A DNA stretch of 64,000 bases, from IMG/VR virus record IMGVR_UViG_3300007513_000001, positions 62,001 through 126,000 of that record. One strand, given 5' to 3'. The stretch's first letter is position 1. Each line of letters starts with the position of its first letter. Of this stretch, positions 47,110-55,593 are shown piece after piece. Made by a program: the position numbers and the translations under genes. The notes under the pieces were generated by a model that was not told where the DNA came from, made no database searches, and saw nothing but the letters and a program-made list of their open reading frames with translations.

Positions 47110-47983
47110 TACAGATAAAAATATTTTAGTTACAGGCGGTCTAGGTTTTGTCGGCTCTAATTTAGTAGACGAATTAATATCTTCTGGTTATAAAAACATA
47201 ACTGTTATAGACGATCTATCTTCAGAGTCTGCATCTTCCGAATATATGAGAAGTGAAGTAAAGTATCTTATTAAAGATATAGTGGATCTTCCAAAGATAG
47301 AAAAAGAATTAGATCATTATGATATAGTGTTTCATCTAGCCGCTTTAGCAAGACTTCAACCATCTTTTTCAGATCCAGTTAGATATTTTGAAGTAAATTC
47401 TTTAGGAACTTTTTATCTTTTAGATTTTATGAGAAGAAAGAATAAAGATGCAAAAATAGTTTATGCAGGTTCAAGCACCGCGTTCGGAGGACCACTTTTA
47501 AATCCATATGCATTTGCCAAGCATACTGGAGAAGACATATGCCGGCTCTTTTCAGAAAATTATAAAATGAATACTGCGGTGGCTAGATTTTTTAATGTAT
47601 ACGGCCCCAGACAGCCAATCACTGGAGAGTGGGCTACAGTTATAGGAAAATTTGAGCAGCAATACATAAGCGGTGAATCGCTTACTGTGGTAGGAGACGG
47701 AACGCAGAGAAGAGACTTCACACATATTTCAGATATTGTTCTTGGGTTGATATGCCTAACAGACGGAAATCATAATGGAGAAGTCTTTTCTTTGGGCACC
47801 GGCCAAAATCACTCTCTGTTTGACGTAGCATTTGAGTTTAGTGATAATATTATATTCATTCCTGCAAGGCCAGGAGAAGCAAGAGAGACCCTTGCAGATA
47901 TATCAGCTATGACTTCAGCTACGCTCTGGAGACCGAAAACAAATTTACTAGAATATATAGCTGATTTTAAGAAAGAAATGTGA
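47099..47983 (+). CDS. NAD-dependent epimerase (UDP-glucose 4-epimerase-like SDR)
   Basis: TGGLGFVGS, HLAALAR, PYAFAK, RFFNVYGPRQ, RDFTH. Confidence 0.88.
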   Translation: MKINTDKNILVTGGLGFVGSNLVDELISSGYKNITVIDDLSSESASSEYMRSEVKYLIKDIVDLPKIEKELDHYDIVFHLAALARLQPSFSDPVRYFEVNSLGTFYLLDFMRRKNKDAKIVYAGSSTAFGGPLLNPYAFAKHTGEDICRLFSENYKMNTAVARFFNVYGPRQPITGEWATVIGKFEQQYISGESLTVVGDGTQRRDFTHISDIVLGLICLTDGNHNGEVFSLGTGQNHSLFDVAFEFSDNIIFIPARPGEARETLADISAMTSATLWRPKTNLLEYIADFKKEM

Positions 47984-48009
47984 ACAATTGCCATGTTTTT
48001 GTTTATGAT
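47981..48009 (+). promoter_or_regulatory. Sigma70-like promoter candidate
   Basis: TGAACA-N17-TATGAT directly upstream of the nuclease gene. Confidence 0.4.
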
Positions 48010-48017
48010 TTTATATA

Positions 48018-48839
48018 ATGAATTTTCCTACTGAAAAACCACACATCTCTTATTCTGAAGTAAAAAACTGGAAAGAGTGTCCGTATAGACACAAACTGGC
48101 GTATATTGATAAAATTGACCTTGGAACTCCTTCTCCCTATTTGGATTTCGGGACTAACGTCCATGAAGGGTGCGAAAGTTTTTTAAACACTGGCGAAATA
48201 CCAAAAGAAAGATTACTTCAAAATATTCGAGATGCCTGGAACAAGCACGGTTTTGATAAGCCAGAATGGTATGAAAAGATGCCGAAATGGTACAAGCATG
48301 TTCCGGTAGAAGAGTGGTGTGAGTGGGCTTCGAACATGTGGGATGATGTTCCTGATTTTTTAGATGAAAATTTTCCAGAGTGGGAAAGAGTCAGCGCAGA
48401 AGAAATGCTATACGAAGAGATAGATAGCGCAGACATTAAATTTAAAGGTTATATCGACGCAATCATCAAAGTTCCTAGAAAAAATGGAACATATAAATAT
48501 TGGATTTTGGATTGGAAAACAGCAAAATCTTATGGTTGGGACAAGAGAAAAAGAAGAGATTTCATGATGCAGGCACAGCTTGTTCTCTACAAATATTACT
48601 GGGCTTCGAAAAACAATATTCCGTTTAAAGATGTTGGGTGTGCGTTTGTTCTTCTAAAGAGGGGCGGAAAGCCGGGCAATATGTGCGGATTATTAAAAGT
48701 TTCCGCTGGTCCCAAAGCTTTAGAACAAGCTAATAAAATGGTTTCTAGCATGATCAAAAATGTCTACAGGGGATTTTTTGTTAAAAATAGAATGAGTTGC
48801 ACTTTTTGCGACTACAAAGATACAGAATACTGCACATAG
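48018..48839 (+). CDS. PD-(D/E)XK nuclease (RecB/Cas4-like exonuclease superfamily)
   Basis: HISYSE..W..CP, FGT.VH, GYID, ILDWKT, Q...Y, C-terminal C..C......C. Confidence 0.88.
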   Translation: MNFPTEKPHISYSEVKNWKECPYRHKLAYIDKIDLGTPSPYLDFGTNVHEGCESFLNTGEIPKERLLQNIRDAWNKHGFDKPEWYEKMPKWYKHVPVEEWCEWASNMWDDVPDFLDENFPEWERVSAEEMLYEEIDSADIKFKGYIDAIIKVPRKNGTYKYWILDWKTAKSYGWDKRKRRDFMMQAQLVLYKYYWASKNNIPFKDVGCAFVLLKRGGKPGNMCGLLKVSAGPKALEQANKMVSSMIKNVYRGFFVKNRMSCTFCDYKDTEYCT

Positions 48840-48862
48840 CAGTTTAAAAAATTAAAGTTTCT

Positions 48863-48897
48863 AAGGGCCATTTTTTACCGTTTGGCCCTTTTTTATT
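48863..48897 (+). terminator. Rho-independent terminator
   Basis: Stem AAGGGCCA (48863-70) / TGGCCCTT (48883-90), 12-nt loop, followed by TTTTATT. Confidence 0.7.
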
Positions 48898-48902
48898 AAA
48901 AT
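48874..48902 (+). promoter_or_regulatory. Sigma70-like promoter candidate overlapping the terminator
   Basis: TTTACC-N17-TAAAAT, 32 nt before ATG 48935. Confidence 0.45.
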
Positions 48903-48934
48903 GAATTAGTTCGAAGGGAGAGGTTAATTTCGAA

Positions 48935-50185
48935 ATGAAAAAAAAGAAAAAAATTCTAATTTTATCAGATCATGCCTTGAGTACCTCGGGAGTCGGTACT
49001 CAAACTCGCCATTTAGTGAATGGCTTATTAGCTAAGGGCGAATGGTCTTTTAGACAATTTGGTGCGGCAATAAAGCATGAAAATTACGATGTAGTTCAAG
49101 TGAGCGAAGATTTCATAATCAAGCCCATTGATGGTTTTGGAAATCCCGATATGCTTAGGTTAGCTTTAATTACTGAAAAACCAGACATATTGTTTATTTT
49201 TACTGATCCGAGATTTTTCATCTGGCTATTTGAAATGGAGGATGAAATTCATCAAATTTGCCCTATAGTTTGGTGGCATGTTTGGGACAATTATCCATAT
49301 CCCCAGTTTAATAACGAGTTTTATCAATCAACTGATTTAATCAACTGCCACTCTCACTTAACTTATAAGATGGTCGGAGAAAAGTTTCCAGAAAAAACTA
49401 ATTTTGTTCCTCACGCTTTACCACCAAATGTATTTTTCCCTATGCAAAAATCTCAAATTTTAAGCTTGAAAGAGCAGGCTCTTGGAAAAGAAAAGAAAGA
49501 TAACTTTGTCGTATTTTGGATGAACAGAAACGCGCGTAGAAAAAGAACAAACGATGTCTTGGTATCTTGGAGCTTGTTTGTGAAACAACTTGAAGAAAAA
49601 CATGGGAAAAGGGACGTTACTTTATTGATGCACACAGACCCCCAAGACCCGGAAGGACCCAATCTTTTTGCCACGGGAGAGATGCTCGGAATACAAGATA
49701 CAGTAGTTTTCTCTAATCAAAGAGTTGGTTTCGAGCAAATAAACATAATGCACAATATCAGTGATGCTTGTTTGAATATATCTTATGCTGAAGGTTTCGG
49801 TTTAGCTACTTTAGAATCGATGCAAGCTGGTACTCCTATAATAGCTGCAAAAACCGGGGGATTAACTCGCCAAGTTGTTGATCATCGAGATGGCTCCGAA
49901 AATGGTGTTGCCCTTGATATAGATTTAAAAACTTTGGTTGGGTCACAGAGTGTTCCATACATTTATGAAGATTACTGCTCAAACGAGAGTGTGGCAAACG
50001 CCATTATGAAAATGTATGAAAAAACACCAGAAGAAAAAGAGCAGCTATCGCAAAAGGTTATAGATTACGTAGATTCTGAATTTTCTTATCAAAAAACAAT
50101 TGATCTCTGGAACGATACTCTCAATGACACCTTAGAAAACTGGAAATCAAAATATCAGAGAAAATTCTTAGGAGAAGTAAAATGA
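48935..50185 (+). CDS. GT4 family glycosyltransferase
   Basis: SGVGTQ, NRNARRK, AEGFGLATLESMQAGTPII. Confidence 0.9.
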   Translation: MKKKKKILILSDHALSTSGVGTQTRHLVNGLLAKGEWSFRQFGAAIKHENYDVVQVSEDFIIKPIDGFGNPDMLRLALITEKPDILFIFTDPRFFIWLFEMEDEIHQICPIVWWHVWDNYPYPQFNNEFYQSTDLINCHSHLTYKMVGEKFPEKTNFVPHALPPNVFFPMQKSQILSLKEQALGKEKKDNFVVFWMNRNARRKRTNDVLVSWSLFVKQLEEKHGKRDVTLLMHTDPQDPEGPNLFATGEMLGIQDTVVFSNQRVGFEQINIMHNISDACLNISYAEGFGLATLESMQAGTPIIAAKTGGLTRQVVDHRDGSENGVALDIDLKTLVGSQSVPYIYEDYCSNESVANAIMKMYEKTPEEKEQLSQKVIDYVDSEFSYQKTIDLWNDTLNDTLENWKSKYQRKFLGEVK

Positions 50186-51345
50186 AAAAAGCTATTATTA
50201 GAGGACCGCTTCTTACTCTTTCTGGATATGGAGTCCACACTCGCCAGATATTCAAGTGGCTCCATGAAAGAGACGATATAGAAATAAAAGTTCAAACATT
50301 GCCATGGGGCATTACTCCTTGGTTACTTGATGAAAATCGACAAGATGGATTAATCAAAGAGATTTTTAAGAGAACAGATTACAACCCTCAAGCAGAAAGA
50401 TTTGATTATTCGTTTCAGGTTCAGCTTCCAAATGAGTGGGATTCGTCTTTAGCTTCTTACAACGTGGGTGTAACTGCCGCTGTAGAAACTGATCGGTGTT
50501 CACCCAAGTGGATCGAAGCATGCAATAAAATGAACCACATAATAGTTCCTTCAGAACACACTAAAAAAGTACTGCAGAACTCAGGAAACTTGTCAGTTCC
50601 AATTTCAGTAATACCAGAAAGTTATCCAGACGCTTTAGTTAACTGCGAAGAAAATCAGCCGTTATCTCTTGATACCAGCTTTAACTTTCTTCTATTCGGT
50701 CAGATAACTGGAAACAATCCTTTTAACGACAGAAAAAATACTTTCTTCGCCATAAAGTGGCTTTGCGAAACTTTTAAAGACGATCCAGATGTGGGCATTG
50801 TTGTTAAAACTAATCACGGAAAGAATACTAAAGTAGATAGAAGAATAACGATGAGTCTATTAAAAAATCTTATAGACGAAGTCCGCACTGGTGAATATCC
50901 TAAAATATATTTGCTTCATGGAGATTTAACAGAACAAGAATTATCAGATGTTTATCGAGAAAAATCGATAAAAGCTCTTGTAGCTCCATCAAGAGGCGAA
51001 GGTTTTGGATTGCCTCTTTTAGAAGCTGCCGCTTCTGAACTTCCAATAATAGCCACTAACTGGTCAGGCCATTTAGATTTTCTAAACAAGGGAAAATTTA
51101 TAAAACTTAATTATAGTTTGGTGCCAATCCATAAGTCTAGAGTAGATAATAGTATTTTTGTAGAGGGTTCTTGTTGGGCAGATGTAATAGAGTCTGATTT
51201 TAAAAAGAAAGTTTCTAAATTTAGAAAAGCTTCCGATATACCAAAGAGTTGGGCTAAAGATTTAGCAAAAATAATAAAAGAAGAGTTTTCTCATAAAGCG
51301 ATCAGTAAAAAATATGATGAATTTTTGGACGAAATAGAAAAGTGA
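50182..51345 (+). CDS. GT4 family glycosyltransferase
   Basis: SGYGVH, DRKN, SRGEGFGLPLLEAAAS.LPIIATNWSG. Confidence 0.9.
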   Translation: MKKAIIRGPLLTLSGYGVHTRQIFKWLHERDDIEIKVQTLPWGITPWLLDENRQDGLIKEIFKRTDYNPQAERFDYSFQVQLPNEWDSSLASYNVGVTAAVETDRCSPKWIEACNKMNHIIVPSEHTKKVLQNSGNLSVPISVIPESYPDALVNCEENQPLSLDTSFNFLLFGQITGNNPFNDRKNTFFAIKWLCETFKDDPDVGIVVKTNHGKNTKVDRRITMSLLKNLIDEVRTGEYPKIYLLHGDLTEQELSDVYREKSIKALVAPSRGEGFGLPLLEAAASELPIIATNWSGHLDFLNKGKFIKLNYSLVPIHKSRVDNSIFVEGSCWADVIESDFKKKVSKFRKASDIPKSWAKDLAKIIKEEFSHKAISKKYDEFLDEIEK

Positions 51346-51653
51346 ACACCTTAACCATAATTTTAGCGGGCTGTCTTTGTGTGTCTACAGTATTACTATC
51401 TTTCTCAGTTTATTATAATATTAAGTTTGGAAAACTTATTTTAAAATACATCGACCAAATTGAGGAAACTCTTGACGTTTTTGATACAAAATACGCTAGT
51501 ATATCGACAATAGTCGAAATGCCGCTATTTTATGATAGCCAAGAAATTAGATCTGTAATAACAGATATAAAAGACTGCAGAGATCAAATTTTAAAAACAG
51601 CTAATATTTTGGGAGACGTAGAAGAAGTAGAAGAAGCAGAACCAGAAAAATAA
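51342..51653 (+). CDS. Small protein with an N-terminal TM helix
   Basis: Hydrophobic N-terminus; overlaps the upstream stop. Confidence 0.55.
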   Translation: MNTLTIILAGCLCVSTVLLSFSVYYNIKFGKLILKYIDQIEETLDVFDTKYASISTIVEMPLFYDSQEIRSVITDIKDCRDQILKTANILGDVEEVEEAEPEK

Positions 51654-51666
51654 TTGGAGTTTTTAA

Positions 51667-52410
51667 GTGGAAAAAAAGAAAAAAGTCAGAAAGAAAAGAG
51701 TAATAAGAAGAAGAAAAAAGGGTTCTACTACGAAACTTTATTTTGATGAAAATACCCAGAAAGCTATTTGCGAATTTCAGCAAACAGAATCTGCTGATGA
51801 CCGCGGCGTAATCTATAAAGACAGAATCTCTCCCGCATTTAATAAATTGGCCGAAAATTTAATTCTTATCTACGGATTTGCCAAAAAGGGTGAGAATTTT
51901 GGAGTTCTAAAAAATGATTGTGTGACTTTTATGTATGAAACTCTTTATAAGTTTGATAACTCTAGAGGCACAAAAGCTTTTTCATATTTTAATGTAGTTG
52001 CAAAAAACTGGTTGATATTAAATTCTAGAAGAAGAAAGAAGATTACTGGATCCCATGTCAGCATCGAAGACGTTACTAGCTTAAGCGCAAATGATAAAAT
52101 AGCTATAGCGAGTTCTCAAGTAGCGCCATCTCCAGATGACTTAATGATAGACCAGGAATTTAAAGCTGAGATAATGATAATACTTTATCAAATTCAAGAT
52201 AAGGTAGATGGAAAAAATGAAATTGCGTGTATAAGTGCAATTATTAAAATTTTCGAAATGGTAGATCAGCTAGACTTCTTAAACAAAAGAGCTATCTTTG
52301 TATACGTAAGAGATATATCTGGGTTAAATTCCAAACAGCTTTCTGCTTCAATGTCTTCAATTCGAAAGTTGTATAGAGAGATTAAACAAGAAGATCCATT
52401 TTTTATGTAG
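51667..52410 (+). CDS. Phage sigma factor-like protein (T4 gp55-like late sigma)
   Basis: YFDE motif; KFDNSRGTKAFSYFNVVAKN resembles sigma region 2 (FD....AFAYF); GTG start with GGAG RBS. Confidence 0.7.
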   Translation: MEKKKKVRKKRVIRRRKKGSTTKLYFDENTQKAICEFQQTESADDRGVIYKDRISPAFNKLAENLILIYGFAKKGENFGVLKNDCVTFMYETLYKFDNSRGTKAFSYFNVVAKNWLILNSRRRKKITGSHVSIEDVTSLSANDKIAIASSQVAPSPDDLMIDQEFKAEIMIILYQIQDKVDGKNEIACISAIIKIFEMVDQLDFLNKRAIFVYVRDISGLNSKQLSASMSSIRKLYREIKQEDPFFM

Positions 52411-52418
52411 GTAAGCAA

Positions 52419-52784
52419 ATGTCAGAAGAGCAAAAAGACATTCTTAAGAGAATTCAAGAAAAAGAGAAAAAAATAAAAGAATTTGGAGATTTATTAGATT
52501 CTCTTACGAGCACAGAAGACAAGAAAAAGCTTTTGTGGAAAGAGATCTATGAAAACGCAGTTACAGATAGAGAAAATGCTTATATACTTTTTCATGAAGT
52601 ATATTCAATAATGACCCAAACTGCCGCAGAGCATATTGCTGTGGGTCCTATAATGAACAAATATCTAGAGAGGATGAATAAAGCTAACGACCAATTACTT
52701 AAATTAGCAGAGTTAATATCTAAAGCTGAAGAACAAAATTCTAAAATAGATCCAGATGATATTTTTAACAAAATAAGTGGATAA
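52419..52784 (+). CDS. Hypothetical helical phage protein
   Basis: Coiled-coil-like ORF between the sigma factor and the baseplate genes. Confidence 0.65.
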   Translation: MSEEQKDILKRIQEKEKKIKEFGDLLDSLTSTEDKKKLLWKEIYENAVTDRENAYILFHEVYSIMTQTAAEHIAVGPIMNKYLERMNKANDQLLKLAELISKAEEQNSKIDPDDIFNKISG

Positions 52785-52795
52785 GAGAAAAAAAT

Positions 52796-54502
52796 ATGGG
52801 TAGTCAAGATTCCAGAACAAGAATGATGGGTCGACAAACAGTCGAATCAGCAACACCACCGCCTCCGGCGCCGGCAAGAATTTTATTTAAAGCAGTTGTA
52901 AAAGACTGTATTCAAGATTTAGCTCTTTGGGAATACCAGGCAGATAGAAGAGAAAATGCAAAATATTTCGTTTCAAATGCTCAATATGTAGACTCGGCTC
53001 CAAGAAACGCCTTGATTGTCCAGCCTATATCTGATGGAAAAAAAGGCAGCCCTCAATTGATAGCTTATCCATTTTTTCCACCGCACATCTGTATGCCAGT
53101 TAAGCCCGGCGAAACTGTTTGGTTAATGGGCGAAAAAGCTGGAGACTTAGGTACTTTGCCGTATTGGATATCAAGATGCCCAGAGAAAGCTGAAGTAGAC
53201 GATCTCAATTTTACTCATGGAGATCGCAAGCTCTATACGACGACCACGCTTAGCACTAGCGCACAATTAGAATCAGCTCAAGCAACTAGACCAATAATTT
53301 TACCAAAATTTCAAAATGGAGACGGTACGAGATCTGGAGTTTCAATAAGTTCATTTGGTTTAGAAAATAGTAATGAAGCTTATTCTTTAATTAAAGAAAT
53401 TTCTTTTTGGTATCCTTATGTAAAAATGGAGCCAGTTCCAAGATTAAGTAAGAGGCCTCAAGATCTTGTGGTGCAGGGTTCTAATAACACTGCTATTATT
53501 TTAGGAGAAGACAGAGGATGGACTTGGCAAGATCGTCCAGATTCAAATATGCCAAGAGATGTTAGAAACACTTTGGGTACTATAACGCCATCTGAAGATG
53601 CTGGGGGAACAAGAAGCTTTAATGGAACTATTGACATTGTTGCTGGTCGTGGCAGATTTTTACCGACAAACCCAACTTTAACTGGATCTCTTGGTGATGC
53701 ACCAGAAGCTACTGCGCCTAGAACTATAGAAAATTACCACGACACCACACGCCCAGACTTAGTCCCAGCGACAATAGAGACTGATAAAAATCCGCAAATA
53801 AACAACGAAACCGTTCCCCCGTATGAGGGAGACCCTGATTTTAAATATGATTCAGCCCGAGTGTATGTTTCAATGGCTACAGATGGAGATAAAAATTTTG
53901 GAATAGATACTGGAAACGAAAATCTAGCAACACCATTCGGGGAAGAGTTCACTGATAGAGAGGGAGAACCATTCGTTATAATGTGCTCTGATAACGTTAG
54001 ATTGGTTGCTAGAAAAGACGAAGAAAAAGAAATCAATGGTTCTATTAGAATAGTGAAGCAGGGTGATTTAGCTGGCGATCATGCTTCTATTTGCTTACAG
54101 CCAGATGGGACTATTCAAATTTCGGGCAGTAGAATTTATTTGGGCCGAGTTCCTGATAATGAGCATCGAGCAGGAGCTGGAGAAACTAATGTGCTGCAAG
54201 TCGCCCAAGATGGCGGCCGCGGCGGCGGTCCAGATGGAACTAAATCTGGCTCTGGAAGATTGGATTATATGACCGAAAAAGGCTCTAATCCAGTAGTTCG
54301 ATATCAACAACTAGAAAATCTTTTAAATGCAATATGTGATACAATGCAGAATGCTGGCTCGTCGCTAATGGGTAACAAAACACCGGGCTTCGGCCGCGAA
54401 TGTACTCAGGTGAGCAATGGGGGCGACTGTCTTGTTACTGGAGCTGCATCTGTAAGAGCGATGATCACCGGTCTTGCATCAGAAAGAGTTTTCACTGAAT
54501 AA
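52796..54502 (+). CDS. Baseplate hub/spike-like protein (gp5/Vgr-like)
   Basis: N-terminal PFFPP...PVKPGETVWL (OB-fold-like); C-terminal short beta repeats (QPDGTIQISGSRIYLG); lies upstream of gp25-like and J-like genes. Confidence 0.6.
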   Translation: MGSQDSRTRMMGRQTVESATPPPPAPARILFKAVVKDCIQDLALWEYQADRRENAKYFVSNAQYVDSAPRNALIVQPISDGKKGSPQLIAYPFFPPHICMPVKPGETVWLMGEKAGDLGTLPYWISRCPEKAEVDDLNFTHGDRKLYTTTTLSTSAQLESAQATRPIILPKFQNGDGTRSGVSISSFGLENSNEAYSLIKEISFWYPYVKMEPVPRLSKRPQDLVVQGSNNTAIILGEDRGWTWQDRPDSNMPRDVRNTLGTITPSEDAGGTRSFNGTIDIVAGRGRFLPTNPTLTGSLGDAPEATAPRTIENYHDTTRPDLVPATIETDKNPQINNETVPPYEGDPDFKYDSARVYVSMATDGDKNFGIDTGNENLATPFGEEFTDREGEPFVIMCSDNVRLVARKDEEKEINGSIRIVKQGDLAGDHASICLQPDGTIQISGSRIYLGRVPDNEHRAGAGETNVLQVAQDGGRGGGPDGTKSGSGRLDYMTEKGSNPVVRYQQLENLLNAICDTMQNAGSSLMGNKTPGFGRECTQVSNGGDCLVTGAASVRAMITGLASERVFTE

Positions 54503-54534
54503 CAAACTAACACAACACCAACAAGGATAACAAA

Positions 54535-55035
54535 ATGTCAGACGATTTATTAGGCGTAGTAAAAGAAACGGCGCAAGAAGTAACTCAACTCCCTGGAGAA
54601 GTTGGAAATCTCGTAGGTGAAGGGATCGGCGATTTTACGGGCTGGAACGATAGATACGAATCGGGAGTACCACCAGGGGTTCAGAATAGATGGAGAATAT
54701 CTGAAAGGAGAGCAATCAACGCCGGAATGGCGGCCAAAGTCCGGCCGGGTGGCACAAATGCTGGGCTACAAGCAATGGTTTTGGGTTTTTCAATTCAATT
54801 AACTAATGCTTTCAAAGCAGCAGCAGATACTTCAGACGGCGCAGATTACGCAGCCAATTGTAAAGATTTAGGTGAGGCTATTGCGGAGGCTACTATGAAT
54901 TTTGTTCTCAACGCCCAATTAAATGGCCCCGTTAAGTCAGCGGGCACTGGTTTTTCTTTTGGCTCTCCATTTTTTCACATGGTTGTTCTACCGTTTGGAG
55001 ACGCAGAACTTACACCGTTGTGTCACTTATCTTAA
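54535..55035 (+). CDS. Hypothetical protein in the baseplate module
   Basis: AAGGA RBS; positional context. Confidence 0.55.
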   Translation: MSDDLLGVVKETAQEVTQLPGEVGNLVGEGIGDFTGWNDRYESGVPPGVQNRWRISERRAINAGMAAKVRPGGTNAGLQAMVLGFSIQLTNAFKAAADTSDGADYAANCKDLGEAIAEATMNFVLNAQLNGPVKSAGTGFSFGSPFFHMVVLPFGDAELTPLCHLS

Positions 55036-55099
55036 ATTAATATCAGATAAAATTATGTTGAGGAATATTTAATACAGCGGCAAAAAGTAGGGTCTGAAA

Positions 55100-55591
55100 A
55101 TGTCTAACTCAAGAACATATAAATTTAAGTCTGTTGGTGAGACTATCGAGGAATACGGACAGACTCGTCGTACGGACATCAAAAGACGTCCACCGATTGG
55201 AATTAAGACTCCTGTAGCGCTTGATTATGATTTCGGAAATCTTTTCGAGATGCACCATGACAAGGCGTCTTTAATAAAAGATAATTTTAAAAATTTAATT
55301 CTTACTAATCACGGTGAAAGAATTGGAATGTATGATTTTGGTGCTAATTTGCAAGAGCTTGTAATGGAGCTAGGTTCGGAAAGCACAGACACCGAAGCAA
55401 TGTTGAGAATCACTAAAGCAACAAAAAAATATATGCCGTTTATAACTTTACATAATTTTGAAACTTTTTCTACTCCAAGAGATGGCACCACGGGTGGCAC
55501 TGCACCGAATGGAATAAGAATAACTTACTCGGCTCCAGTTGCTGGAATTAACCAGCAAGCAATGGAAGTCATTTTATATATGGGAGGATAA
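55100..55591 (+). CDS. Baseplate wedge subunit, gp25/GPW family
   Basis: GIKTP, IKDNFKNLILTNHGER...DFGANL. Confidence 0.85.
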   Translation: MSNSRTYKFKSVGETIEEYGQTRRTDIKRRPPIGIKTPVALDYDFGNLFEMHHDKASLIKDNFKNLILTNHGERIGMYDFGANLQELVMELGSESTDTEAMLRITKATKKYMPFITLHNFETFSTPRDGTTGGTAPNGIRITYSAPVAGINQQAMEVILYMGG

Positions 55592-55593
55592 TT

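Noticed and set aside
48018-48839. Cas4-like nuclease as a sign of CRISPR-Cas
   Set aside because: No repeat-spacer array or other cas genes are visible, and stand-alone PD-(D/E)XK exonucleases are common in phages.
20049-51345. Ordinary bacterial O-antigen or capsule locus
   Set aside because: No flippase, polymerase, chain-length or export genes were recognised, and the locus is contiguous and co-oriented with phage baseplate and sigma genes. Chimerism cannot be fully excluded without reads.
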